From: Glaucostegus cemiculus
Lineage: Eukaryota
Direction: 5' to 3'
DNA length: 64,000 bases
NCBI GenBank assembly: GCA_976551045.1
Contig: CDPCPM010000073.1
Span: 34,286,001-34,350,000, forward strand
Within the stretch, counting starts at the first letter, position 1; every line of letters begins with the position of its first letter. Position numbers and translations under genes: made by a program. Positions 45,350 to 58,916 of this stretch are shown in pieces. The notes under the pieces are model-generated. The model was not told where the DNA came from, did not search any database, and saw nothing but the letters and a program-made list of their open reading frames with translations.

Positions 45350-46260
45350 CAGCCACAGGATCTCACTGCAGCAGTGTCTTAGGCCCGACCATCTTCAGCT
45401 GCTCATCAATGACACTTCTTTCCATTGTAGGGTCTAAAGTGGGAATGTTCACCAATGATTCCACACTGTACAATTCCATTTGCAACTCTCCAGCAAATGA
45501 AGCAGCCCTAGATTGTAAGTAGCTTAACTAAGACAACATTCAGGCAGGGGATGATAAGTGGCAAGTAACCTTCACATTAGGCAATAACTCCAACAAACAT
45601 CAACCCACTTACCCTCGACATTCAATGCCATTACCAAGTTCCCTCAATGTCTGATTGGGTGGGGTCACTATAGAGCAGAAGCTCAATTGGACCAGCTAAA
45701 TACAGTGGCTACAAGAGCAGGTCAGAAGCTGGGTGTCGAAAGAGTTAGAAAGTTCAAAGGAAAAACAGATGATATGGGTATAAATACTGTGGCTACAAGA
45801 GGCTGGGTATTGTGCAGCAAGCAAATCACTTCCTGACACCACAAAGCAGCCTTTCTATAAAAGCACAAGTCAGGAGAGTGATAGAATTCTCTCCACTTGT
45901 CTGCAGGGTCGCAACACCTACAACACTGAAACAGCTCAGCACCATCTAGAACAAAGCCATCTGCTTGATTGGAAGCTCATTCCACCACCTTAGGTATTCA
46001 TTGCCTCCAACTTTAACACAAAATTTACTTCACTCACTCACCCAAGCTTCTCCCAAATGCAGAACTTCTACCACTAAGAAAGACAAGCATGTTAGGTGCG
46101 TGGAAAGTTCCTTCAAGATCCTCATATCACACATGATCCAGACATGGAGATATCACTTTCTTTACTAATGCTGGATCTAAATCCAGAACTCACTCCCTAC
46201 AGTGCTGTGAAAGTACCTTCACCAGGACTGCAGCAGTTCAAGGTGACCACTTACTGGCCT
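45350..46260 (+). mobile_element. Old degraded CR1/L2-type LINE fragment
   Basis: SVLGPTIFSC...VGMFTNDST RT remnant; tgataagtggcaagtaaccttc and aagcacaagtcaggag motifs. Confidence 0.65.
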
Positions 46261-49200
46261 GAAGATGTGATATAGGCAGGTTCACCTTCTTGCTAATGCA
46301 AAATACCAACTCAGTGGGGGATATTACCAACAGATGGGATCTATGCTTTTCAAAGGTTAAGAATCATTGGGTGGCATCTTCATTGAGTTTGTTGCAAGTC
46401 ATAAAACACTGGGCAGTTGCTGTGTTGCTGTCTGGTGCAAGTGGAGAAAAGCTATTAAGCTATCAATTGTATTCAGCAGTTATGTTATACAGGGAAGATA
46501 TAAGTTAAAAAGACACTTTAATTCTACATGGAAATTGTATGACACCATGTTTAAAAACTTCAACGTGACATTTCTGTGGAAAATCCTCAAAGATAAATTT
46601 AATAGCACTTGGGTATCATAATCAGAGTTTTAATTTTGAAGACTGATCGTTTAGACCATATGAAAAACTACTTCACCAGTTGGAAGAGAGCAATGTTCCA
46701 AATTTCCACACTTAAGTCTGAAGAATTAGACAGTAGGAAATGTTAGACTGGAGGAAGTGAGTAGCTGGCCACAGTGAGCTTTAGCAAATTAATCCAATTT
46801 TAAAAATCAGTGAGAGCATTGAGATTTTCAGGTGTTGGCTTTGATTTTCAGTTCAAAATAGGAATGATTTATGAAAAAGTAAATTTTGAAAGGCTGCTTA
46901 AATTACAAATGCATGAATATTAAAATACTTTTCATACTTTTGTCTCTTAAATGATTTTAAAATGTAATCATTTTCATATGGTCACCATCTAGCATTAGAA
47001 CATTAAACTACTTAGTGAGAACCTTCTACAAAGACATCTCTGCTCCAATTAGGGACAGATGACTTTTACTGCTTTCCACCACAGTAAAAGTCCACCACTG
47101 CTTTCACCCACAAAAATGAACTATATTCTGGAGTTGAGGCAGCATAAATGCCTGAAGTGGATAAGATGATACTGTTCAAAAATCTGCAAGGGGTTTTCCA
47201 GTCTAAAATACTCCCATGTCCTCCATCGCTGCCAGATTTGCAAGCAGATGAACAGGAAACAAAGTAAAATTTAAATGAGACTAGGTATTTAAAAAAAAAG
47301 ATTGAATTAAAGTACAGTTTGATTAAATACATTCGTCTGTGGAATATAGTTAATTACCTTTAAGGCAAGAATAAAAGATTTGCTGGAGAAGAGTTGTAAG
47401 CACATTAGTAAGCAAAATTAGAGGAAACTCCTTTATTAAATTTCTGTGAACAAATGCTTAAGTTAAACTTGAAAAACCAATTTGAAAAAAGTGGGATTAA
47501 ATATGATGAAAGCAAATAAGCAAGGAATTGTTCACAGGGACGAAGTTCAGAAGTTACCATGACAATCAGTGATGTTATTCCCTTTCATTCCAACAAAGGA
47601 GACTATAATTCAAAAGCAATTCAAACTCCAGTGGGAATGACCTATTTGATTGCGAGCTGGCTAAAGTTTGTCCAGAACACAAAGATGGGCTAACAGTTGC
47701 TATAAGTTATAGTTTTAAAATTGATCCACTTACTCTGGAGTGCCAAAGGTTATAAACTTGACCAAGGTAAGGGTTACACACAGACAATGCTACAAGAGAA
47801 AAACAAATCATTTGAAGGTGCTAAGAGTTGTGAAAAAGGGTCTTACAGAAATTAAGGAAGCTAAGAGCAAGAATAACTTTAAAACTGTTTTAGTTTAGAT
47901 CTGCTCAGGAATAAAATCAAACCTGTCCTAAATCAAACCTTGCCACGGTGTTTTTGCCCTACCAACTAGACCTGAATCAAACACATAATCAGGAGCGGTA
48001 AGGTTCGGGTCGGAATAGTCAGCATCAATTCCTGTAATGATTTTATAAAATCTGGGTCTCTAAGGCAGCAGTAATAATAGTTGAGAAAGTTATTAATAAA
48101 ATGTAAGAGAAGAACCCAGTTTGATGTGATTTAAAGCAGGAACTAGAAAAAAAAATTAGACTGACGGGAAACTTAATGAAACACAATAAATCCCATTGAC
48201 ATTAATTGAGGAGATTCTACCTCTAAAGAAAATGTTTGGAGCAACTGTTAAAAGACTTAATCAACGTAACAATGAACAATTAAAGAAAACAAACATGATG
48301 TGAAAAGCAGTTTCTCTTTAAAAACACCAGATTTCTTAAGGGAGGGTGAAGTGTTCAAGCTTCCCCAAATTTCTTTAGTGTGGCAGACAACCTCTGGAAT
48401 TATTTTTGGCCTCCATACAATAATTAACTCTGACCCAAAGTTCAAAATGTACATGAATTGTCAAATGATAAAATTATCACATATACTTACCTTACAGCTC
48501 GAGGAAGTGGTACATAAAATAGTTTGCCAACATCATAATAGGAAATTTTGAGTGGTGTTAATAATATACTGCCATTTATTGACATGATACCATATTTGAA
48601 ATACTGTATGATACTATTATGAAATGTATCAGTTATTTTATTTAGCACTTGCCTAGTCAGTATTTGTATGCATAACAATCGTGTATGTGTTATGAGTTGA
48701 TGCAATCTGATTTAGAATAGCCATGGCATAATGTACTCGAGCAAGAGATATTTTGCAACATGGACAAGTATTCCCTTTGAAAAAGCGGACTTATAGAAAT
48801 TGTAGAAATCTTATGCTTAAAGTATTTTGTTTGATATTAGCACCAGGAAAAGGTAATGAGAGTTCGTTGGTGATAGTTAACTAATACAAATCAAGAATAA
48901 AATCCATTTTCTTTCCGTCTCAGAAAAAAATACAGCATTTGAGACAATAAAATGTAACTTGCACTTTCAACTGAAGATGGGCAGAATATTTTGGCACTAA
49001 ATTAGAACTACCAATTCAAGATTAAGGACATTGTTATGTACCTTTAATTGCTATTCTAACTTTAAAAAAGACTTCACACTGAGTAAACAGTCAGCTGTGA
49101 TGAAGTTTTACACACTAGACTGCAAGTTGGAGTATAAATTTTAGGTCAAGCACAAGGAAAAATTGAGTGTCACACAGCAGTAAAGCAAACAGAAGTAATA

Positions 49201-51563
49201 AAAAAACACATTACAAAATGCTTGAAAAGCACAAATAAGAGTCAAAGGCATCACACAGAATGCTACAACTAAAATCCGAGAGCACAAAATGGTTTTCTTC
49301 CTGTACTGACAATAAAATTTGTAGAGTATTATTGTAACCCTGAAAAGTGAGACTAGATTTGTGACAGCTTGACAAAATGTATTATCTTTGTATTAATGGA
49401 TGTGGTCAAATAAATAGTAACTTGTGATGTGCAATGTGTTGCATAATTTCAAATATTATAGGGTTTGAATTACCACATAACGTCATGTTAGGCACACCGC
49501 TACACAAGGAGAATTTCAGAGTTATAGATATCATAGCCTGAATGTTAAAAGAAATATTGCAGAATTTCTATTTTAATTTTAAATATTTATCAGATTACTA
49601 TGAAACATAAAGACAGTATGCTTGCTAAACTGTAGGAGGCAGAGGGAGATTTTAAAGCTGAATATGGAAGACAAAATGTAACTCAACCATAATTTTTTTT
49701 CAGGAAGAAATTAAAATGTGGCACAGCTTCTGTAAGGAATAGAGTTTCATTTATCTTTTTTTTTTAAAAGTCAAACTATTATCTTTGGACTTTTTTTTGC
49801 CCAGGCATCTTTCCCATTCTTGTAGCAGTTTATCAAAGATCAGATATCACATTTGCTCTGTTAACTTGCTGTTCATTTTGAAAACCTTAAAGTTGTAAAA
49901 GCACGATTCCAAAAGTAAAATAAAAAGATACAATGGTGACTACATTACAACAGAAAATCCAAAATTGCATTTAAACTTTACAACACAGATCTGGAACAAG
50001 AATGGAAAAATCAGAATTCAAGTTACACTCAAAAATCTAGTTTGAAGTGCTGAACATTGCACAATAATTATGTTTCCACATATTCGTACAAATCAAACCT
50101 TCCATTATTACACACATGCTTAAAGAAGCCATTTTCACTCAAACTATCTTCTTCCAGGAAGGCAGAATGGGTGGTCAATGGGAAGGAAGTATTTCATTCT
50201 TGTATACTTAGCATGCACAGAATGCATATTGGAATATTAAGCAAATGTGCATTCTTCCTGATTTTTTATTTCAATGGGCATAAAGTAGGGCAAATTGTTC
50301 AGCAAGTGTGCTAACTTCCAGATTAGGCAAAGCAAAATTCTTAGAACCAAACTTTATTGAGAAGTAACCCACTAAAGCCAAATGTGACTGATGTTGGGAT
50401 ATGATTTAAAGTAAAACTTCAGAATGTGGGACCAACCATCCTTATGGAGCTGGAGGTTGACAGCAATTACTTGCATTGTTACAATATCGTAACTAATGAC
50501 CATAATCAAACATGTCACACAGTTGATAAGCATTACGTGTGTAAATTTAGCAGAATGAAATACCGACAGGCATTGCAAATCTGCTCCATTGCCTGTAATA
50601 GGGAAGTCTTGGGGATTATAACTGCTAAATGCCAAATGGAAACCATCGATATATGTTTTACTCGATTCATTATTTTAGATTGCTTGGATTGTGAACACTT
50701 CTATTGCATATACCAGCAATCAACATATTTAAATACATTTGTACATCACAGAAGTTAGGTTTAGATCAGATTTAAAGTTGATAGTGACAACTATTTTCAT
50801 TAATCACACTCTTACCAATATAAAATTTACAACAGCATCCACTCCATCACCTCTCCTCTTCCCTCTCCTGAAGGAAGTTAATTTCCGAAGGATTTTATGA
50901 TTTACTTTGCTCACCTAAATTACAATAAAATGAAAGTGCAAGCCCTAACTGCTGTCATTTGTCAAATAATTTGCTGACAAAGACTGATCTGATCCTCAAC
51001 AGATGTCTACTTATACATTTCAAGCATCGCTCAATTATTGGGTATGGGAATTAGTACATTCTTCCCTCTAACTCAAGATTAACATGATCAACAGAGTATG
51101 CTTTGCCCCAGCTAAGAACTAAAGCGCAGAGAAGCAACTCACATAATTTCCCTGGTCTACTTGGATAAAGACTCAACCAATGAGGTAGAGTTTGCTCAAG
51201 ATTTCTTAAGAAATGAGATATGCATGTTATAAATATCTTAGACCAGCTGATTAATATTTTTAGGTGAAAGCACTAAATAACCTACAAAAACTGTGTAGAT
51301 TGAGGAAAAAAAATCTTTGTACACAGGTAACTTTATTGAGAACACCATCTTAAACCATCATCTTGCACCAGTCTGCGCTCACAAGTAACACAGTCCTTTT
51401 TAGTTTGCTGCAAGGAGCTGGAACCATTGAAAATGAAGTAGAGAGCTTCAGTCATCTTGCACTCATTGTCCAGCAGCAATGGTCCGTGTCCATACTAAAT
51501 AAAATTTTAACTGCCATTGTTGCAATAGTCATGATTTAAAGATAAGAAATCAAACCAGAAGTG

Positions 51564-51901
51564 TTAAGTCCATCGACATCTTTTCCGTTGGCAAGTTTCA
51601 GCATCTACTGTGGAAGAACTGTCGGAATCACTGCCTGCGGCCTCACTGCCGCTGCTCTCTTGATTCATAGAGAGGACCCAACCCAACCGATTACGTAGCA
51701 TGCGCTTCAGACCTGGGGGTAGTGGAAGAACCTCCAATTTGTCAATGTGATCAGGCAATAGTCGCTGGAGCCGCAGACAGCAGAGATACTGGAGAGAGGT
51801 TGGGGAAAAACATGAGCGAATCACCTTCATACTGCTTCTTGCTGCGGTGGAACAAACCATTGGAAAGAACTTCTTGTTTTGCAGTTTGGTAGCTGCAACT
51901 C
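51564..51901 (-). CDS. SPSB3: SPSB3 terminal coding exon (SOCS box)
   Basis: [30 protein letters not shown]...CQRKRCRWT*. Confidence 0.95.
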
Positions 51902-54900
51902 CTTTATAAAGGAAAAATACTTGTTAGTGCCAGCTATGCACATATACCATTATCATACAGTATTTCATAATACATTGAGTGTTTGAGATTATTGAAAGTG
52001 CACACCCTATTCAAACAGTCCATTCGATGAGATTTTACCAGATCAGCTACCTGCCGTAAAGTCAGTATCAGGTTTATTATCACTGACATGTGTCACGAAA
52101 TTTGTTGTTTTGCGGCAGCAGTACAGTGCAAGACATAAAGATTACTAAAATACATAAAAATTATTAAAAGTCTCCAAACTGAAAAAAGATGCAAATATCA
52201 TAAATGTTATAATAGTCTCCCAAAACCATAAGCTATTGGCCAGTAGGCCACATAAAATGGAACTATGAATACATATGAAAATTTTCAACAGAATACAAAA
52301 AAATTATACACTTTTGAAAAAACTATTGTCGAAGCTTCTAAAAACTACAAACAAAGCCAAACATTTACTCCCAGGATCTAAAAACTTACTGTTCTTTGCA
52401 CAATTCATATATTCAGAAAACTGAATGTTGTGAAAAGTAAACTAAGCTGTAATTTTGGAAATGGTCTTAAATGGTACTGCTAATTTATTTTGTTTTCAAC
52501 ATATGTTTTAAGACTCAAATTTCAAAGCTGTTCAGTTGTTTTTTTTCAGGCTGCTGGCAATATAATAGATTTTAGATGAACATGTAAGCTTTTGCAGCTG
52601 AACTCCAGTTCACTGGAGCCATCCAGGTCACATGGTTTGTATTACAAGAAAAATGTGTAAAATCCTAACTCACTCCTATTACCCTTGGTGAGCACAGAGT
52701 TTAAAATTATATAATTCAATCCCATAAATGCCAAGGGTCTTTTTATACATTTGACACTTCAATATTTTTAATCAAAGCTGATGTTCTTGAAATGGCCACA
52801 ATCTACAGGTCAGCATCAAGAGAGCACCAGATAATAATAAATAACATGTTAGTATTTAATATTTCATTTAAGCAAGGAAGCAATGTAAAATTTAATTACA
52901 TATAGCTAGGTCATACCTATACATTTCCTATTTTTGAAGAATGTCAAGACACCATGCCAAGTATCCAGGTGAACACCTATGATGGAGCCCTGACCAAACC
53001 TTGTTGAGAAGTGACTCTTGGCACCTTTGTGATGGAGCACACCTACAAAAAAAATTGTACATACTTTCAAGTTATTAAAAAAAGTTATAAATTCATGGAG
53101 GTTAGATAAGTTTCAAGGTGATCAAACACAAGATATTTAAATAAGTTTTACATGTAATACATTCCAATGGTAATTAGAGATGTTTAAAGAGTTAGGAAGA
53201 GTCCCAAGTTCTTAGCTGTGTTTAAAATGTACAAAACTTCAAGGTGTCCTTTAATGTGGGATCAGAATTTGATGATTTTTCTCAAGGATATTTAAGAGGA
53301 CAACTAGAGAGTGGGTACGTGCATATTTTGCACAGACAATATATCTTGTCAGCACAGGACTCCAAGTTGCTCACTGTAAGCTTGTATGCAAACTTTGTCA
53401 AACGAACAATCTCACTTTTGTCTCCCGAAATGCCATTATATTTCCATCATTAGTCATTTTTCCAGGAGAATGTCAGAATCTAAATGCATATGTTAATTAT
53501 GCAAAGCATTCTTATAATAAAGTTTTATCAGTGCTAATCAGTAGGGGGAAAGGCAATTACTTTCACTGTTGAAGTCTTTCATTGAGGGTGGTTAACAATG
53601 AGGAAATAAACAATAGAATATTTCTATAGAATGGTCAGGTGGGTGGAAAAATGGCAAATGGAATTCAGTCTGAAGAACTGAGGCACTGCATTTGGTGAGG
53701 GCAACTGAAGGAATACATGGTAAGTGGTTTGATGCTGAGTATTATTGAGGGACAGATGCAATACATGGAAATGAAGACAGATAGCAGGATAGTTTAGATA
53801 ACGTTTGTGACTTAAGGCGACATATAGGCTGCTTTATCAAAAGGGACACAGGAATGTAAGAGTAGGGAGGCCATGTTGGGATTGTATAAAGGAATACTTT
53901 CTCAGAGCTTAATTACTGTGTAGTTTTGATTATCACATTACAAAGAGGAAGGCAGAAAGTAGTTACAGGATAAATTTGAGCATGTTGCCAGGATTGAAAA
54001 TAATTAAGTCTAGGCTGGGGTTCTTTTATTTACAATAGAGAAGATATAATCAAGGTGTATAAAATTATGAGAGACCAACGCAGGGTAAATAAGAAGGATC
54101 TAGTTACCATAGATGAATAGTCAATTACTAATGTATGCTAATTTATATAAACAATATAAGGAATTGAACGAGTTGAGTGTCAGAAATCCCAAAATGTGCT
54201 GGGATCTGTAATATTCTGCTAGAAAGGATCATCATATTTAAATGACATCTGCAAGAACGCTTGAAGTGCAATCACTGATACGGCCATCTTTAGCTGGAAG
54301 TGAAGATAGGCACAGGTAAGAATGAACATGCCATTGAGTCCACACCAGTGTGAGCTATCATCCCCAAAGGACAAACCATCTTAAATTTAAATGGTGGACT
54401 GTTATACCCCATTTGGAAAGTGACAAATAATTGTCAAGAATAGTACCTGTATAGGAGAGACCCCAACTATTTTCATCCTTTCCCAGTAAGCTGCAAAAGG
54501 TGTGACGAAATTTGTCCAGTTTGACATCAGTTGTTCCTATTCCTACCATCTAAATGGTGCACAAAAATGAAAGAGTGGGTGGGTTAGACAAGCTAGCAAA
54601 TACTCTAGTTGCAATGGTTAGAGATGCAATGATTATACTCAAAGAATGCAATGGGAAACATTGCTGCTACAAGCGACCAAAGGAAATCTTTCTTCTGCAT
54701 TTTTTTTTAACAGAAATCATAATTTATTTGCAGTGATACAATGGATATTAATTTATTGTAACCAACTATAGCACAGTACAAAACCCCATGTTGCTGCATT
54801 TAACAATACTAAAATTCGACCAAAGATGTGATAGATTTCAAAGGACAACTTGGAGGAGGAAAGAGGTGGAGAAGCTAAATGCAAAGACTTTGAGTCAGGG

Positions 54901-57900
54901 CAGAAGTGGGGGAATTCAGACAAATGAGGGGCAAGGGCAGGGGTGCACAGCAAGAAATTCTCTGCAGAGCTGATTATCTGGGACTCATCTCATAAAACTG
55001 ATGTACAGAGACTTAATAAAATTTTTTATAGGCAGCTAAAAGAGCGAGAGATTAACATCAACATCATTTTTTAATGAACATTTTATTGAAGTCCAAAGAT
55101 CAAGTCACTCAGTATCAAAAACAACTGGTTGATGGCAGTTTTCTGCAATAACAAGTTAATAGTTCATAACTTGATGACTCTCACTGCTTAGAATGGTATT
55201 AAATGATTTGTATTGATTATGAATTTCATTCAAATTATTGGATTGTTTTACTTGACCTAATGTGAATTACTGGGCAGCCAAAGACCATCGAATTCCATTC
55301 AAAGAATTCAGTGTCGAGTTCAGTTCTGATAAATCTTGGACTGAAAATAGAATATTTAAGCTTTTGATGTTGTTAAATTGGCTATGCAATATAGAAGCAG
55401 TCACATTTACATTGAGCATTCATTTTAACTGGCTGTACTGTACTAACTCATGTCAATGTCAAAACTCATGCAGATTGTTTATTGACAGTTTATTACAATC
55501 TGGAAAACACAAGGTTTAGAAAATCACCCACTGTGGGCATTTTCAGTGGTGAAATATTGTGGAACTGCACATGCATGTAATGCAGAAGACAGCAATCAAT
55601 AAAGTAACGTGGGAAAAACATTTGAGTAGAAACAGAATGAATTCAGAATTGATTAGAAGTGATCGACAATGCTTTGATGGTAGTGCTTAAAAGAGGTGAC
55701 AATTAGTTGAAAACAATTTCAAGGCACAGCATAACAGAGAGTCAACATAAACTTGGTGACAAAGTGACGTTAGCACATAAGCTTGTGAAAATGAATATGG
55801 GTGTAAAACTGGTTATCAAGTCTCATAATCCATAAACTGGCTTTTGAGTACTGCTCTTTCATAACAGTGCAAAATATACTTTTCTCAAAATGATCCCACG
55901 TTATTAAACTTGTTAATCATTAATAAAAATGTAACACTTTTTAAAAAGGCTATGTTTTACTACACCTACCATGTCTGTACCATATACAGGGGAGGTCATT
56001 TTTATTTCCCAGAAGTGTTGTCCCTCACTCATTTCCTTGTCCCCACGAACAGCTGCTGTTCCACAACTGTAATCCATGTGGAAATTAACTTCTCTGTTCT
56101 CACAGCTCAGCAGTGTAGCAGAAGATTTGGTTGAATCGTCCCACATCCATTCAAAATCTGCAAGGAGGATTTGTTTTTGAATTTAAGATGACCAGTAATA
56201 GTCGTATTCTACTCAATTTAACATTTTACTGGAGCTAACATTACTTGCAGCAAACCAGAGCTCAATGTGTTCATATTAAAGGCTGACACAGATTTGTCTT
56301 TATTAGACATACACAAAGACGTACAGTGAGATCCAGTAACAATCTGATTGTATTCATGCTGAAGAAACTGTTGAAAGCCTAAGTGATGCGATGCAAGTTT
56401 TTCCACATCACTAGAAAATAGTTGGAATTATTTTAGGGTGGAGGGAATGAAAGAGAACATAATTACCACCCATTTCTCCATTTATATTCGATCGATAATA
56501 AATATGAAAAAGCTGCAGTGGTTACATCACAACTATTGCAGGTTCTTCAGTTTGAGTATGATCAGGATGTACTTAAATTATACAGATATTCCTTAGACAT
56601 GGCTAGTTTAGTCAAAAAGCAAAAACAAATGGCAATAAATCTAGATAAACTTAATTTACCAGGAAAGATGGGGGGAAGGCTAGCAGAGTAAAAATCAAAA
56701 TCAAAAGTTAGCAACATAATTAGAGGAACAAAAATATTTGTATGGCACTTCAAAATTAGCACAAAAAATTGCAGTAGGAATGAGGATAATCAGGAATAGC
56801 AAGTGCAATAAAAATAGAAAATGCTGGAAATACTCAGCAAATCAGGCACATCTGTGGAGAGAGGAAAAGTTAACGTTTCAGATGAATAACCATTAGAACC
56901 TGAGTATCCCCAGCACCATCTCATTTTATTTGAGATTTCCAGCAAATAGGTGGTGCAAGTATGCTAATTTCCCATAGATGACTTATTGCTGATTATCAGA
57001 ACCCTGGACTAAGGTTAATTAATGCGGGCACTGTAATTTTGGAAGAACTTCAGAGAAAAAGCAACAGTTTCCATATGATTGGTTTACATCACCTACAGGC
57101 CTACTAACATCAACAATAAAACTCCAATAATCCACTATCCGATTGTTCGGAAATCCCAATGATTCTGCATGTGGCTCATTAGGTGCTGTTTTCCCTGCCG
57201 CCTTTAACCCCACCAGGGCTCCCGATTACCATACTCCCTTTAAACCCACCAGGGCTCCCGATTACCACACTCCCTTTAAACCCACCAGGGCTCTCAATTC
57301 CCACACTCCCTTTAAACCCACCAGGGCTCCCAATTCCTACACTCTCTTTAAACCCACCAGGGGTCCCAATTCCCACGCTCTCTTTAAACCCACCAGGGGT
57401 CCCAATTCCCACACTCCCTTTAAACCCACCAGGGGTCCCAATTCCCACACTCCCTTTAAACCCACCGGGTTCACTAGAACATTTATTATGCTAAAGTGTA
57501 ACATTGAAAAATAGTGATTAATACCTCACACATTTTTAATTAATATCCAATATTCAAGATAATGGCTAGTCTGGCACCAAAGTCCTGAAGTGCTGGATTA
57601 TTGGAGTTTTACTGTGCAGCCTTAAGTAATCCCCAATCCATCAAAAGAAGAGACAATGGTTACTGAAACTTACATTCATCTTCCTCTCCACAGTGACAGT
57701 CCTTCATACGATGAAAACTACGCATACTACCACAGTATCGGGTATCATTTTGGCCTACGCAGTCACAGTATGATTCGCCTGTCACCGGTAATGCAGTTGG
57801 TATTGATGGTGGCAAATGAAATTCTGGCTCAGAATCCGAGTCACTGTGCTTTAAGAGATGGGAAAAAATCCACTTTAAGCATTATAATTGTACAGTCTTC

Positions 57901-58916
57901 TAGACACTATTTCTTCTACAAATTAATTTGCAAAGAACTGTGACCAGTTTTTCTAAGAATTACTTTGGAAGAGGAATTTACAGCAAATAGAAAGGGTTTC
58001 CTGATTTAAAACAAAAATCTCCCTAACAATTTGATACAAATCCATTTGGATGAGAAATGCTCAACTGTAAAAACAATGAATGCTGAGTAGAATAGGAGGA
58101 TAATGAAAATCAATTTTTGATCAAGAATACACATTTTGAAAAATGCAACAGCCAAGGCTTCTCAGCTTTGTTCTTTGATACTAAAATTAACAACCTTCAC
58201 ATTACTGCAATGGTCAGCTCTCATGAATTTGTTGTAGATCAATCTATAGACTGAATTTGGCTAAACTGATGTCCTAAAGATGGGCATAGAAAAGAAAAGA
58301 GAATTAAAAATTATATTCTTAAGAAAATTTAACTTTGCTTTTCAATGCTACAGTTGATAATTAATGCATCTCTCAATTATGTCTATTATAGAAAAACCAT
58401 AATAGAACCTCTGAAATTTATCAATGGCAAAAAATATATTCTGCTAACAACTTCACAATATTTTAATTGCAGGTTTCACAGAGGTTTCATGATTAAATAT
58501 TCAAACCAAATTTGGTACCACAGGAATTAATTTAGAGACCAAAATGATGAAATTTAATATCAGACTATTTCTGGTCAAAATACAGAAATTCGTATCTGTC
58601 ACTCTAGCTTTTCCTGAACTAAAAGACTAAGCATTCTGTCTCCCCACAGATTTTCTGACCTGTTAAGTACCACCAGCATTTTCTGTTCCTATTTCAGATT
58701 TCCTACACCTGCAGACTTTGTATTTTGGATTAGGAGACCTTATCCTTTTGCTTACAATGAGTAATAAAATGTTTTGTTACCTACCTGACCATCTGAGTCA
58801 TAGCCGGGGACAGGACCTGCTGAGCCATCAGGCAATACTACAGCCACAGCATCTGTTTCTCGAATACCACTGTACACATACCGCCAGGCACGATTATTTC
58901 TGTTACTCCGGGACAT
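51564..58916 (-). CDS. SPSB3: SPRY domain-containing SOCS box protein 3, 6 coding exons, 353 aa
   Basis: Exons 58916-58785, 57848-57674, 56157-55970, 54549-54447, 53042-52917, 51901-51564; [50 protein letters not shown] box SLQYLCC...LPLPPGLK. Confidence 0.95.
52917..53042 (-). CDS. SPSB3: SPSB3 coding exon 5
   Basis: [41 protein letters not shown]; tag| and |gtatga. Confidence 0.95.
53620..54300 (+). mobile_element. Highly degraded CR1 fragment
   Basis: aaatggcaaatggaattcagtctg, catgttgccaggattg, caaggtgtataaaattatgag. Confidence 0.6.
54447..54549 (-). CDS. SPSB3: SPSB3 coding exon 4
   Basis: [34 protein letters not shown]; tag| and |gtacta. Confidence 0.95.
55970..56157 (-). CDS. SPSB3: SPSB3 coding exon 3
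   Basis: [18 protein letters not shown]...[18 protein letters not shown]; cag| and |gtaggt. Confidence 0.95.
57114..57614. mobile_element. Tigger/pogo-like non-autonomous DNA transposon carrying a minisatellite
   Basis: TIRs caataaaactccaataatcc (57114-57133) and ggattattggagttttactg (57595-57614), 19/20 complementary. Confidence 0.7.
57201..57470. repeat. 36-bp minisatellite, about 7.5 copies
   Basis: Unit cctttaaacccaccaggg(c/g)tcccaattcccacactc. Confidence 0.95.
57674..57848 (-). CDS. SPSB3: SPSB3 coding exon 2
   Basis: [30 protein letters not shown]...DCHCGEEDE; aag| and |gtaagt. Confidence 0.93.
58785..58916 (-). CDS. SPSB3: SPSB3 coding exon 1
   Basis: [28 protein letters not shown]...GYDSDGQ; acceptor 7 nt upstream of ATG, donor |gtaggt; first UTR exon not identified in the window. 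Confidence 0.9.

Noticed and set aside
57143-57514. Repeat-protein ORFs or CRISPR-like array
   Set aside because: 36-bp head-to-tail minisatellite with no unique spacers, inside a eukaryotic intron.
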